From assembly GCA_043228905.1 (NCBI GenBank), contig JBHGNT010000002.1, positions 11,966,001 through 12,030,000 of the forward strand: a DNA stretch of 64,000 bases, read 5' to 3'. The stretch's first letter is position 1; every line of letters begins with the position of its first letter. Both the position numbers and the translations under genes were made by a program. The notes below the pieces were generated by a model. The model was not told the origin of the DNA. It searched no databases and worked only from the letters and a program-made list of their open reading frames with translations. Source of the DNA: Azolla caroliniana (lineage: Eukaryota; Plantae; Polypodiophyta). Below are positions 13,701 to 25,922 of this stretch, piece after piece.

Positions 13701-14285
13701 CGATTACGCAAGATACAAGCGGATTTATCTACTCAACTCCAGCAAGCTCAACAATCACACAAGGACTACGCAGATCGTCATCGACTTCCATCCAGTTTTA
13801 ACATTGGAGATCGGGTGTGGCTGCTACGACGACACATCAAGACTACTCGCCCATGTGAGAAGTTGGATTATCGGCGATTAGGTCCTTTCCGTATTATCGG
13901 GAAGATTAATGATGTCGCTTTTCGTCTCGAGCTACCTCCGCAACTTCGGATACATCCGGTGTTTCATAGTTCTCTCCTCGAACCCTATCACGAGAGCACT
14001 ATCCCAGGACGTACTATACAACCACCACCTCCTATCGAGCTCGAAGATGGACCTGAGTACGAGGTCGCTGCCATCCTCGATTCCAAGATTGTTCGCAACA
14101 CGCTCTACTATCTAGTCGATTGGCTAGGATATAGTCCCAGCGAGCGTACTTGGGAACCGATCGAGAATGTGACCAATGCTCGTGCTCTTCTAGAAGACTT
14201 CCATCGACGATATCCCGAGAAACCGGGTCCTCAATCCAAAACGACTCGTGGAACTCGTCGTTTTAAAAGGGGGATAGTGTCATAA
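10728..14285 (+). CDS. pol: Pol (protease-RT-RNase H-integrase-chromodomain); frame open from 10674
   Basis: LLDSGA, YLDD, EADASD, HHCC plus IISDRG integrase, GPF motif, C-terminal chromodomain YEVAAILD...YLVDWLGY...TWEP. Confidence 0.97.
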   Translation: MDSPRSVQPISGSIPSKQVSDVFVAQVAVSTKSTPPVHTLALLDSGANSCFMDRNFARAHQISLRKLPCPASVVVIDGRPIASGNIIEESEPVNIVLDNLTCVVSFNIISIPEHPIVLGLPWLELHNPDIDWRTREIRLRQTQGSTQKVATISLRQLREEGRKEEMFLFAISVQPSSTTKEESTVQLPEKYRQYADVFDKVQANTLPHHRPYDCAIDLQPGKEPPWGPIYNLSPTELEVLRAYIEENLENGFIRHSKSPAGAPIFFVKKKDGSLRLVVDYRGLNKVTVRNRYALPLISSLLERINGARFFTKIDLRGAYNLVRIRPGDEWKTAFRTRYGHFEYTVMPFGLTNAPAVFQHMANDIFRDLLDDFLIIYLDDLLVYSKTQEEHDSHVLLVLKRLREHGLYAKLEKCSFGCNQVEFLGYVISSEGISMDPAKVKTVIEWHTPRSVRDVQCFLGFANFYRKFIQNYSKIVLPLTQLTRKGQSFIWSKETDMAFESLKKAFTSAPILGHVDPEKPFIIEADASDFALGSILSQQGNDEKLHPVAFHSRKFDAAEINYEIHDKELLAIVDSFMQWRHFLEGSPHQVTVFSDHKNLAYFQDARVLNRRQARWAHFLTRFDFKITYRPGKHQGKADALSRRSYLTPRPGEPAFDNQKQVILGPARLQAAQVFDMPMDSDITNTIREDLKTDAFAQAILAQIDPSRASCSQSQSPGTDYRQFKYCDGLLFFKELLYVPNGSCRLRVVQNCHDTYTAGHFGSTKTLDLVQRSFWWPHMRQFVEDFVRTCDTCCRAKMPRHHPYGLLEPLPIPSKPWQSIALDFITDLPVSKGFSAILTVVDRYTKMAHFLPCTKEISSEDTAEIVMREVCRHHGLPDNIISDRGPQFVSKFWKHLFKMLKVTCNLSSGYHPQTDGQAERTNQTLEQYLRCFLNYHQNDWADILQFAEFAYNNAIHASTKVTPFYAYTGYHPRWCVLETPEVSTNPCAEDRLERLRKIQADLSTQLQQAQQSHKDYADRHRLPSSFNIGDRVWLLRRHIKTTRPCEKLDYRRLGPFRIIGKINDVAFRLELPPQLRIHPVFHSSLLEPYHESTIPGRTIQPPPPIELEDGPEYEVAAILDSKIVRNTLYYLVDWLGYSPSERTWEPIENVTNARALLEDFHRRYPEKPGPQSKTTRGTRRFKRGIVS

Positions 14286-16517
14286 CTAGACTCGAACCCA
14301 TAACCTTTTGTTACACGGGTCGAGACTTTACCATTAGGTTATGAATTGTAATTTGAAGGATATTATTTTCATTTAGGTTTTATTGGGAAATTGATGTATA
14401 TTCCAGATTTCTCTGGAACATTCTAGAAACTTCAGGAGTATTCCTGAAGACACTATAAAAGGAGGCGCAAGGCATTAGTTCGAACCAAATCGGTTCAACG
14501 CCAGTCTTAAGCCTTCTAACTACTGTTGTATATCTTCCTTCATATAATACATATATCTTTCGCATCATCATTCTCTTTCTCTCTCACTCACTCATTACTT
14601 CTCTCAAAGTTCGACACCTCTCATAGTACTAATCCTTCTCTGTCTTAGTACTATTCCCCAACAATAGTACTAATCCTTCTTTTAGTACTAATTCCTTCTC
14701 TGCCTTAATAGAGTTCCTGACAACTATTACAATTGAGAACCACTTTTGAACTCATGGAATTCGTGGCAACGCAACATATAAAAGTCTCACAACGAATGGC
14801 CAAGGAGCACGCGGAGCGCTAAATTATCAAGCGCGCGTTAACACAAACGACGGAAAGCGACGATGAGGATCAATTAGCCAGAGTCGGCAGGCAAAGGAAT
14901 GCCGGTATACGCCGAATGGGGATGGAACTACCCCCATTAAACGCGGCCCTTGTCGAAGTTCATAGGGGACTGGCAAAGGTCAGTATGGGCGCCAACGATA
15001 TGGCGATTAAAAAACAAAATGTCTGGAAAAAGGTTAAATTGACCCAAGCCGAGCTACAAAAGGCCAATGAACGCATCACAAACTTGGAAAATAATGTGAC
15101 TACGGTGCAACAAGCAGCTCCACTAACAACCAACGCCGTCGAAGCCCCGAGGGAAGAAAGTGAAGCTCAGACCGCCATTGCCTCGAAAGCGAAACGGGCC
15201 GTGCAACTGGCGGAATAAGAGATTGACCGTCTCCGCGCCGAACTTCGCCAATCCTCGGACAGAGAAAAGGACATCCGGGCCAATCGCCGAAAGGCAGTGA
15301 AGACCCTTGAAGAGAAACTCGCAGCGGAGACAACACAACACAGTCGGACGAAAGAAGAAAATGCCCAATTACGGGAGGAAGCGAAAAAGTCGGAAGCGAC
15401 AATCACGGAACTCCGGGCCTTATTGGAGAAGAAGAAAGGATGGTTCGACGAGCAGCTGGTGGGAGAACAAGAGAGAAGGCATCAGCTAGAAATCTGCCTG
15501 AACAATGAAATGGGAAAACTGGAAGAACTACATTCGAAGGAATCCCAGCTTTGGGCAGGAATGAGGAGCACTTATGAGGAAGCGGCAACAGTTAGTCAAC
15601 AAGAAATTGCAAACCTCAAGAAATCTGTAGAAGAAGCACGCAACCGTTGGCAAGCCATAACATACAACGTGCGCATCCTTCTACAAACAAATCGGGAGAG
15701 GTTTACGGTGCAATTAAAAACGACGCTAGACAAAGGATGGATGGCGTGGGCTGCACAAGCGGCGGAATTGCATACGTATCGAGCGAACTGGGAGAACCGA
15801 AGGAAAGAAGACCGAGGGTTCTACAAACTCAATGAGGAAAGCATTGCGGCAGTACGCGAGGACCTAGCGCAGGACTATCGCATGCTAGCAGACCACCATT
15901 CCGAGGAACTCGTGTAGCTACTAGATGATTTTGACGAAAGTCAGGAGGACCTGTTTCACTAGATCACGCAAGCCGGCAACACGCGAACAAATGAGGAATC
16001 CATCGCGATACCAATTTCGGATACTGCCGAACAAGAGGAACCTCAGGCCATGTCACTAGAAATTACCACTACGGTGAACAACACAGAACGGTGAGCGGCG
16101 TCCCCCACAATACCAGACAATGAAACCACCGACCAAGTGGAACCCCACCCACTGGAGCATACGCTTACGGCCGACATCACGGAGGATGTTCCGGACCAAG
16201 AGGAACCACAACCCCACTCTCCAGAGCGTACAATGACGGCTGACATCACGGAGGAAGTGACGGACGAAACAAAGCCGCGACCTACCGCAAGCTTGCGGAC
16301 GACTAAACCAACCCCAATAGCCCAAGAAGAGCCAGCAGAACCCAGACCGCCCACACAGGACGCCAACGACACCATGGGAAGCCCTCCAGAACAAGCAGGG
16401 GAACCCCACAACGACGCACCCCTATGCCGTCCCCGGACACGGACACCATAGCAGAACCAAACATTAGGGCCATTTTGGAGGAAGATTAAAGGGGTGGGTC
16501 CGACGTGCCATGGCACT

Positions 16518-16534
16518 GTCCCACAGGCGTGCTA
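16518..16534 (-). promoter_or_regulatory. Inverted PBS (tRNA-Arg 3'-end copy) at the PPT position of the old element
   Basis: gtcccacaggcgtgcta, then gg, then tgttg of the 3' LTR; homologous to gtcccacgggcgtgcca, tg, LTR in the young element; no purine tract is present. Confidence 0.75.
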
Positions 16535-17005
16535 GGTGTTGTCCGCCAGAATAGTAACCGACGGACAAGAGCGCAATAATATGGAATAGAGTAATATTGT
16601 AACGCATGTAAACGGTTCACGCGGGAAGCGTGAACGGCTAAAAGACCCCGCGTATATAAAGGGCATAAAAACTCTGATAGAGGTAGCGTGTAATTTTGAA
16701 TGTAAAAGACGTATCTTAATAGAGTTCTATCTTCTCTGATATTTGTGTGTATCTGTGGTTAATCTACTGTGTGTCTGTAATCCTTGGTGGCATAACACAA
16801 TCGTAAGAGCGTAGGCGTGAGTAATAGTGTGTGTGCTAGTCTACTGTCTAAGAAACTCGGTTGTAGCCGTCTCCCTTATACGTTGCTAGGTTACGGGAGG
16901 TATCCCACTAAGTATTACGCACAGACGCTACCATTCGTTGTCACACAGTCACTTTGAGGTCTAGGTCGAAGGACTGTCTGTAGACTGTGTTCCTAATTGG
17001 TAACA

Positions 17006-18100
17006 GTGTACATGGTACAACCACCCGGCTTCGAATCACGCATTCATCCAAAAGCCGTATGCCAACTCAAGAAGCCTCTCTACGGCCTCAAGCAAGCACC
17101 GCGTGCTTGGCATTTGAAGATTACACAATATCTTCTTCAAATCAGCTTTCGAATGTCGAAATCTGACAACTCCCTCTATGTACGACACGACTCTAGAAGC
17201 CTAATTGTCATCATCCTATACGTGGATGATCTGGTCATTGGAGGTGAAACTCTAGTCGACATCAACAAGGTGAAGTTCCTCCTCTCTGGAAAATTCGAGA
17301 TGACGGACATGAAGGAGCTCCATTACTTCCTTGGCATCGAAGTAATTCGGATTCCGGCCGGCATTATGATCTCTCAATGGCACTACATTCTCAACTTGTT
17401 ATACAAGTTCCGGATGACTGAGTGCAAATCGGTCGCTACACCTCTCGATTGAAACCTCAAACTAGATGCTGACTACGGCATAGACGAGTGCGAGCCAACC
17501 CAATATCATCAACTGATCAGGAGCCTCATCTATCTCACGATCACTTGACCCGACCTTAGCTATCCAGTCGGCCTCCTCAGCCAATTCATGCAAAAACCAC
17601 GCGACATTCACTTGGATTGCGCTAAGCGATTATTACGATACGTGAGCGGCACAATGGATTACAACGTTCTCTACGCATCAACCACACCAATATGACTTCA
17701 AGGGTTTACGGATGCGGATTGGGATGGCTACAAAGCCGATCGACGATCAACCTCCGGATTTGTCTTCTCCCTCGGCAGCGGAGCAATTTTTTGGAGTAGC
17801 AAGAAGCAGCCAACCGTCGCTCTTTCGAGTACGGAGGTGGAATACAGGGGCGTAGCCGTAGCTGCATGTGAAGCCGTATGGCTCAAGAGGATTTTGAAGG
17901 ATCTGGGCGTTCCCATCAAGGATCCGACTCCCCTTTACTGCGACAACATGAGCAGTATATATCTGGCTTGGAACCCGGTGTTCCACACATGCACAAAGCA
18001 TATCGAAGTGCACTATCACTTCATTCGAGAGTGCGTACAGGCCAGAGATGTCGACCTTCAACACATCAATACGAATCTTCAGACGACCGACATCTTCCAT
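17006..18100 (+). pseudogene. Ty1/Copia RT-RNase H fragment (host of the old Gypsy element)
   Basis: VYMVQPPGF, LYGLKQAPRAW, YVDD, TKHIEVHYHFIRE, with in-frame stops. Confidence 0.9.
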
Positions 18101-18442
18101 AGAATCATATTCTATGACACATAACTAATGAGTTACATATTCCCCATGACTATGAGTCTTCACATTCCCCAAGAGAGAGAGTGGTTGTTGTAAGTTAATG
18201 AAGAGAGAGGGTGACTCTATATAAAGCACCCTCCTCATACTTCATATGAAGTCGGTTGTGACTCCTTGTAATGCTACATTTTTGTATTTCTCATTCTATT
18301 TGTGAATATATATCTTCTTCTTGAGTATTTCATTTCTCTAGCTTATCTATCTTGTGTTTCTATTCTCTTCTCTAATTCCTATCACACATACACATAACAC
18401 ACATCTCTTCCGCTACACAAGAATCATATCCGATTCTTTACA
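18101..18442 (+). repeat. Probable partial LTR of an unidentified element
   Basis: ctatataaagc TATA box followed by a CT-rich tract ending in ...ttaca; no partner copy in the window. Confidence 0.35.
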
Positions 18443-21400
18443 TAAACCTTATGGACTACTCTCACTTCTATTATTATACTAATAATAGCAGTTAATCAGC
18501 CGATTGATCGAATAATCGATTCGACTCGACTAGCTGACTCTAGTGCCGACTGTCTAGTTGGCCCGACTAGTTGGCCTTGTCGTCGACCCTTTGGTCGGCC
18601 CAACTAGTCGGTTGTGTCTTCGACTTGGATCACTTACTATGCTTGTCAACTCTCTCTCAGTCAACTCTCCATGACATCGACTATCGGCTCTCAGCCCGAC
18701 TAGTCTGCTACTCCTTGTCTTCGACTGTTGGCTCTCGGTCAAACAGTCGGCTCCTGCCATAGGAGGGATATATTCCTAACAAACTCCCCCTTCACTCCTA
18801 TGGGTGGAGTTGGTTCGCCCCATTCTCTATCGACAAACTCTGAGCTTGTCCATCGTCGTGAGCATGTCGGATCCATTGTCGTCAGTATGGATCTTCACAA
18901 GGGTAAACTCTCTATCTTCCACTTTCTCCCGCAACCAGTGATACCTCCTCTGTATATGTTTAGTCTAGGAGTGGTACGCAACATTCTTGGCTAGATGTAT
19001 GGCGCTCTAGTTGTCGCAATGAAGCAAGAACTCCCTTCGCTTCATTCCCAACTCACTGAAAAAATTTCTCATCCAAATCAACTCTTTGTCGGCCTCTACC
19101 ATTGCCATATACTTTGCCTCTGTGGTCGACAAGGCCACATATTTCTGATGTCATGACTGCCATGACACTGCTCCCCCTACATAGGTCATCACATACCCCG
19201 ATGTGGATCGGTTGGAGTTTGCATTCCCCGACATGTCTGAGTTGGTAAAACCTTCGAGCATAGGTTTTCCGACACCATACCTAAGGTATACCCTTGAGGT
19301 GCCTTTCAAGTACTTGAGTATCCACTTTACTACCTCTCAATGTTCTCTACCTGGATTACTCATGTATCGGCTTATCGCTCCCACAACAAATGCTATGTCT
19401 GGTTTCGTACATACCATAACATACATTAGACTGCCGACGATTGAGGCATATGGTACTTTCCTCATCTCAACATTTAGCTTGCAGTTGGTCGGCAATACAG
19501 AGCCGACTGGCTTCTCCTTTGACATGTTGAACCTCTCCAAGATCTTCGTCACATATCTCTCTTGTGACAACCACAACACTTTCTTAGTTCTATCGTGAAC
19601 TATGTGCATCCCCAAGATCTGTTTTGCCGGTCCAAGATCTTTCATGGAAAACGACTTGCCTAATGCTTTCTTCAAGCTCACGATCCTCTTCGTGTCTTGT
19701 CCGACTATCAACATGACATCCACATATAACAAGAGAATCAAGAAGTCACCTTCATTGTACCTTTTGACGAACACACAATGATCAACCTGTGTTTTCTGGA
19801 ACCGATGTTCCATCATGAAGGATTCGAACCTCTTGTACCATTGGCATGGAGCTTGTTTCAATCCATCCAAAATTTTCCTTAGTCAACACATATGGTTCTC
19901 TTTCCCTTTGTCTACAAAGTCTTCAGGCTTTTGCATGTAGATTTCTTCATCCAGCTCCCCGTGTAGGAATGTTGTCTTGACATCTAATTGTTTGATCTCC
20001 AAGTCCATACTAGCAGTTATGCTCATAACAATTCTGATCAATGTCATCTTTATGACTGGTGCAAAATTTTTGTCGAAGTCGACACCCTTTTTTTGTTGAA
20101 ACCCCTTCACCACAATGCGGGCTTTATATCTGGGTGCACTGTTGACTCCTCTAGTCTTCACCTTGTAGACCCATTTATTTCTGAGTGCTCTCTTACCTTT
20201 CGGTAGCTCCACAAAATCGTAGGCATAATTTTCATGTAAGGAGTCCATCTCATCTTGCGTTGCACTTTGCTAGTTCTCCTTGTACTCGTCAACAATGGCT
20301 TCATCATAAGACTCATGTTCACCTTCATCAGTCAAGATGATGTATTGACTAACATATGTAGTTGATGCTCTTCTTTCTCTGAGTAGGTATCTTCTTCCAC
20401 CCATGTCGGCTCCAGCCCAGATGTGTTTGCCGACTCTTCTCTCGACTCGGGTTCACACATGTTGATCGGTTGTTGAGGGTCAACCGACCCCAACTCGTGT
20501 TCCTCGATCGACTTCAATAAGTCCACCGACTCTGACTCATCTGTATTTGTTGGTTGCTCCGAGTCGACCAACTCGGATTCGGTTGTGCTGACTGGGTGTC
20601 TCCGAACAACCGATTGTGTCGGTTCACTTGGCCTTAAGTCGGTGGTAGTGGGAGTCAACTGGGAAGTCGATCCCGACTTCTGTTGTTTCCACTCCTCCAT
20701 CATCTTTTCTTCCAAGAAGTCCTGAATCCTCATTACTTTCTTATCAACTAAGTCCCACCGCCAGTAGCTAAACTTGTCCTTTGAGTATCCCATGAATATG
20801 CATGCTTTCGACTTACTGTCGAGCTTCGACCTCTGATCCTTAGCCACATGCATATACACTAGACATCCCAACACCCTCATGTGTTGGCAGGAGACATCCT
20901 TTCTTGTCCACACCCTCTGTGGGACATCACCTTTCAATGGTTCTGAGGGAGACATGTTGATCAGATAAACAATTGTATACATCGCCTCAGTCCAATATGA
21001 TTTCAACAGCTTAGCATGTGGCAACATGCTCCTTATTCTCTCCATAATCGTTTGATTCATCCTCTCTACAAGACCGTTCAACTTAGGGTTCTTTGACACT
21101 GTGTATTTGATTCGAATACCTTGGGCCTTGCTGTACTCCTCAAACTACCCTTTATATTTGCCACCATTGTCGGTTTGGACAACCGTCAACTTCCGACCCG
21201 ACTCTCTTTCGACCCTTGCCTAAAACTCCTTGAAGGACGACAATACTTGGTCCTTAAACTTTAGTACGAAAGCCCACAACTTTTGACTGTAGTCGTAAAT
21301 GAAAGTCACAAAGTACTGTCCACCTCGATGTGATGGAGCATCTACATAGTACACATCCGTGTGTACTAGTTCCAACGACACCTCTCTTCATCTCGGTGGT

Positions 21401-23024
21401 CTTGAGTGGAATGTTGCTCTGTTCTTCTTTTGGACTAGGTCATCGACACACTTCTCCAAGAGCACTCCTTTCACTTATGGGAGAAGTTCTTGGCCAACCA
21501 GGATATGCATTCTTTTTTCACTCATGTGGCCTAGTCTCTTATGCCATAACTCTCCACTCAAGTCGGTTGCCACATTCACTTCCGACTTGCACAGTCAGGC
21601 ATGCATCATATACAGTGTGCCCTTTTTCTGTGCTCGAGCCACAATGAGGTTTCCTCAACAGAACTTCCATTTGCCATTTTGGATGCTACCACTGTAGCCT
21701 TCATCATCCAACCTTCCAATCAATATCAGATTTAGTCTGATATCGGGGACATGTCGAACTTCCCTCAGAGTTAGTTGACAACCTATCGATGTCATCCGGC
21801 TTACACATCCTATGCCAACTATCTTGCACTCCTCATTATCTTCCATCTTTACATAGTCGTGATCCCCAAGTGTGTAAGTTAGGAAACACTCTCTCGACGG
21901 AGTTATATGGAAAGATGTACCAGAGTTGATCACCCATGTGCACTCTTCACTTGCAAGATTTCTGCTTGCCTACTCACAAATGCATAGGATCTCCTCTGCA
22001 CTCGTAGCTACGACTGATGTGCCGTTTTCATCAAGAATCTTCCTGGGTTCAACATTATTACCGACAGTATTGTCCTTCTTGAGGTGTCAGTAGTCCTTCT
22101 GGAAGTGTCTAGGCTTTCCACAATAAAAACATGTCAATTTGCCTCTGGACTTGGATCTGGCTTGGAACTTGTCTCTTCTTTGTTGACTTCTATGCCGATT
22201 CCTTCCTCTACCGGTTTGTTGAGTCAAGTTTGACTCCGATTGGGACATTACACTCTTGTCCTTCCTTCTTCTCTCCTCGTTCAAGATGCTTTTCTTACCG
22301 CTTGTAGAGACAAGGTTTCTTCTTGACACGAGGTGCTGAGAGTCACCACCAAGTTTTCCCAACTGTCTAACAGGGTACACAACAGTAGAATGGATTGCAT
22401 AACATCCTCAAGGGGAAACTTGGTTGCCGCAAGTTGGTTCACATACCCCATGAATGTGCTTACACGCTCCACCATGCTTTCTCCGTCCCTGTATTTCAGT
22501 GTCACAATCTTCCTCATCAAAGATGTTTTGTTGAGGGTGTTCTTCTTCTCATATAGACTTGACAGCTTCTGCCATATCTCATAGGCATTTGTGTCTTTCA
22601 CCACAGGTTGAAGGACATTTACATCGACACACTGTTTGATGGTCGCCACCGCCTTTCTGTTCAAACGTTTCCATTCAGACTCTAATACCCTTATGGGTAT
22701 TTCTTCTTTGTCGATGGGCTCTTGGCGTCTACTGTCTTTCAGCTATGGCGCCGCTCTCTAAGAGACACTCTAACGTCTCTCTTTTACTCACTACACAAAA
22801 CTCTATTCAACACCTTCTGTTTTGTTCCCTATCTTTCTATGTTTGCCCTAAATGTATTTATACTATACACCTTATGGGCCATTTACAAATATAGTCCCTA
22901 CTATTCTCACTTTTATTATTATACTAATAATAATAGTAGTTAATTAGTCGACTGATCGAATGGTCGATTTGACTAGCTGACTCCAGTGTCGATTGTCCAA
23001 TCGGCCTTGTCGTCGACCCTCCAC
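18443..23024 (-). mobile_element. Decayed Tnt1/Tork-like Ty1/Copia element; its 5' LTR continues at 29040-29242
   Basis: 3' LTR part 18443-18781, PPT 18782-18791; minus-strand gag (CFYCGKPRH), protease (INSGTSFH), integrase, RT (YKARIVVKGF) and RH pieces; LTR parts 22722-23024 and 29040-29242 match 18443-18781. Confidence 0.88.
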
Positions 23025-23267
23025 TGTCGTGATGTGGCATGCCGAGTGTGGGAAAAATGTGGTGAAAGGGGTCAAAATGTGTATGTGCAATGTGTGTGCA
23101 CACAAAGTCAATTAATTGTGCACATGGAAAAGAAAAGGAAAAAGGAAGGGTGCAAAGGAGGTATAGAAACAGAGAGGAGATATGAAAAGTAAGAGAGAGG
23201 GGAGGTGAAAAATAAGAGAGAGGGGAGATGAAAAAGTAGAGAGGAGATAGATTGTGGATTTTTTAAT

Positions 23268-24762
23268 TGTTGAGATACAAGCTCAACATTGGGTGTGTAA
23301 ACGGGTGCGTAACCCAGTGTGTAGACTGGGTGGATAAAACTGTATGCACAACATGGCCATAGCCGTGCATAAACTGAGAGGCCGTTAGAATGTTATTCCT
23401 CGTAAGGAATAATTTTGGGAGTTAGTGTAGAGGCTCATTTATGAGCCGTCAAGTACTGTCAGTACTTGTGTCAGCCCAATAATCAAGGCTTGTATAAAAG
23501 GCGCTCATTGAGCACGAAGTATGTACAGAGAACATACAGAGATTTATTTTGAATATAGTTTCGTTTTTGCTATCTCTCTGTCTCTACCTCTTCTTCTCTG
23601 TGATTTCTGCGTTTTACCGAACTGTCATACTTCCAAACTGTGTACTCTGTCTGTGTCTTATGCATACGCTTCCGCACACGTATTCATTTACATGGTATCA
23701 GAGCGCGAGGGTTGAGACTCCTCTTCAACCGACAAAAAATCTTGCGATAAAGATAGAGTTAAGTTATTGTTTTTGAAAAGGATAAGACAACAATATGGAC
23801 CGAGGAATGGGAAGCTCGGTACCGACTGAGAAGCTCGAAAGAAGCAACTATGCATCTTGGTTGTACAAGATGCACCAGTACTTGCTTGGTCATGGTTACT
23901 GGAGTTATGTCCAAGGAGCTAATGATATAGCACCCGAATCGACACATAGAGATTTTTCATCTAGGGAACAAGCGGCAAGCAAACTTCTTTACTGCTTCGC
24001 ATCCTGTGTGAGTGACCAGCTCTTGAGCTACATTCGGGATGCTAATACGCCAAAGGACGCATGGGCGAATCTCAACAGGATTTTCACCTCTAGCACAACG
24101 GCCAGGAAGCTGCAACTTAGGCAGGAGCTCAGCAATGTCCGAGAGAAAGATCTGTCTGTGGCCGATTACACGGCCCGAATCAAGGAGATCTGCGACTCTC
24201 CCGCCTCCGTCAACGTGAATGTCGCGGAGGACAAAATGGTGCAAATGGGTGCGTAACCCAGTGTAGACTGGGTGCGTAAAACCATATGTAAAATATGATC
24301 GTGGCGGTGTTTAAACCGAGAGGATGTTAGAGTGTTATTCCTCGTAAGGAATAATTTTGGGAGTAAGTGTAGGATGCTCATTTATGAGCGGTCAAGTACT
24401 GTAAGTACTTGTGTCAGCCCAATAGTCAGGGCTTGTATAAAAGGTGGTCACTGAGCACGAAGTATGTACAGAGAACATACAGAAAGTTTTTAAATATAGT
24501 TTTGTATTTTCTGCTCTCTTTGTTTCTCCCTCTCTTTCTTTGTGATTTCTGCGTTTTACCGAACCGTGTACTCTGTATTCTTACGCATACGCTTCCGCAC
24601 ACGTACTCTTTTACATGGTATCAGAGAGCGAGGGTTGAGACTCCTCTACAACCGACAGAAAAGCTTGCGATAAGACAAAGTTAAGTTGTTGTTTTTAGAA
24701 AGGATAAGACAACAATATGGATAGAGGAATGAGAAGCTCGCTACCGACTGAGAAGCTCGACA
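23268..24762 (+). mobile_element. Two tandem Copia 5' ends (LTR-PBS-gag start)
   Basis: LTR 23268-23692, tRNA-iMet PBS tggtatcagagc 23693-23704, gag 23795-24245; second partial LTR from about 24246 to 24615, PBS 24616-24625 and gag start. Confidence 0.85.
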
Positions 24763-25448
24763 GGGATGGTTTCGGGATGTGCAACACCTGACTTAGCTAT
24801 GCTAAGATGGATTGCTTACATCAAATCAATGAACCTGGAGATTCACCACATTTTAGGGAAGGACGATGCCATGGTAGATATGCTATCGAGGGCAAGATTC
24901 GAGGGCGAAAGCGACATGGTGTCTGAATATGAGGATGTCGCTCTTGACTTCTTTAAGATGGCCCAAGCGTCTATAGATGATCGAGATGTGCGAGTACTCC
25001 ACGCCTTCAACGAAAGTGAATATGAAGGGGAGTGGCTACACATTGGCAAGTTCTTAAGCTCAATGATAGTGGATAGTTCATGGTCGAAGGAGGAAGCATA
25101 GAGAGTCCGATAGAAAGTGTACAAGTACTTCCTACGAGGGGGATTCCATTGGAGGCACCTGAAGAGAAGGACAAGGACGCCACAACGAATGGTCATCAAG
25201 GAAGAGAACCAAACAACATTGGTGTCTGAGTTCCACGAGAGTCCTTGGGTGGGCCATAGAGGAACGTGGGCAACATTTGAGAAGTTAAAGGTGATGTACT
25301 GGTGGCCAGGAATGTACAAGGATGTCACCCATTTCGTGGGGACATGTGAAAGCTGCCAAGTACACTCGAACATACGCCATAGGGATGAGTTGCACCAGAC
25401 CTACCCACTCACTATACACTTCAAATGGATGGTGGATTTGGTTTCAAT

Positions 25449-25922
25449 CATGGTTGTTTACATACCCGTATTTAATGTTTAAATAGGTATAGTACCTCAT
25501 AAATTGTATAGTACGTACTATACCTCAATGTTGTTTAGTCAAATATTATGTACATTTGTCCAATACAGTATTTAACGTACATTTGAAAAAACAAGTATAA
25601 TACGTATTTATAAAAAAATGTAAGTAAAACCCCAACAAAAAGCAAAAGAAATTTTATTTTTAGTGAAAAAGAAGGAAGAAAGAAGAACAGAAGAGAAGAG
25701 ATGAAGATGACGAAGAAGAAGAATTAAAAGAGAGAAAAGAAGACATAAACCTGTTCTGACTCTTAAGTGTGATAATCACAGAAGATAGAAGAAGAAGAAA
25801 AATAAAAGAGAAAAGAAGATAGAAAGCTTTCTACAATATTACAAGTATTTTTAAATTGGGAGGTACTATATTTGTATTAATACATTATATACGTACCGTA
25901 TCTAACATACCTAACAACCTTG
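25449..25922. mobile_element. Non-autonomous hAT-type DNA transposon (MITE), 474 bp
   Basis: 8-bp TSD GTTTCAAT (25441-25448, 25923-25930); TIRs CATGGTTGTT / AACAACCTTG; AT-rich; interrupts integrase WMVDLVS|MPMG. Confidence 0.9.

Larger units (their letters stand above)
8986..14722 (+). mobile_element. Intact young chromovirus (Ty3/Gypsy, Tcn1/Tf1-like, self-priming)
   Basis: 445-bp LTRs 8986-9430 and 14278-14722, with one mismatch seen; TSD ACTAT (8981-8985, 14723-14727); PPT aaaagggggatag 14265-14277; uninterrupted gag and pol. Confidence 0.97.
7780..16451 (+). pseudogene. Decayed ORF2, split by the chromovirus insertion (parts at about 7780-8985 and 14728-16451)
   Basis: MPKQKAGIIIDTFEGRTIDW aligns with MPKNRAGMIIATYEGIKVDW, and WAAQAAEL..RANWENRRKE aligns with WATNAAEL..RADVENRRKE, of the 991-aa ORF. 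Confidence 0.85.
1848..17005 (+). mobile_element. Old decayed non-chromoviral (Athila-like) Ty3/Gypsy element with gag-pol and ORF2
   Basis: 5' LTR 1848-2263 (first ~53 bp missing) matches 3' LTR 16537-17005 (TG...CA); internal peptides are collinear and homologous to the intact 1954-aa and 991-aa ORFs at 39477-48400. Confidence 0.9.
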
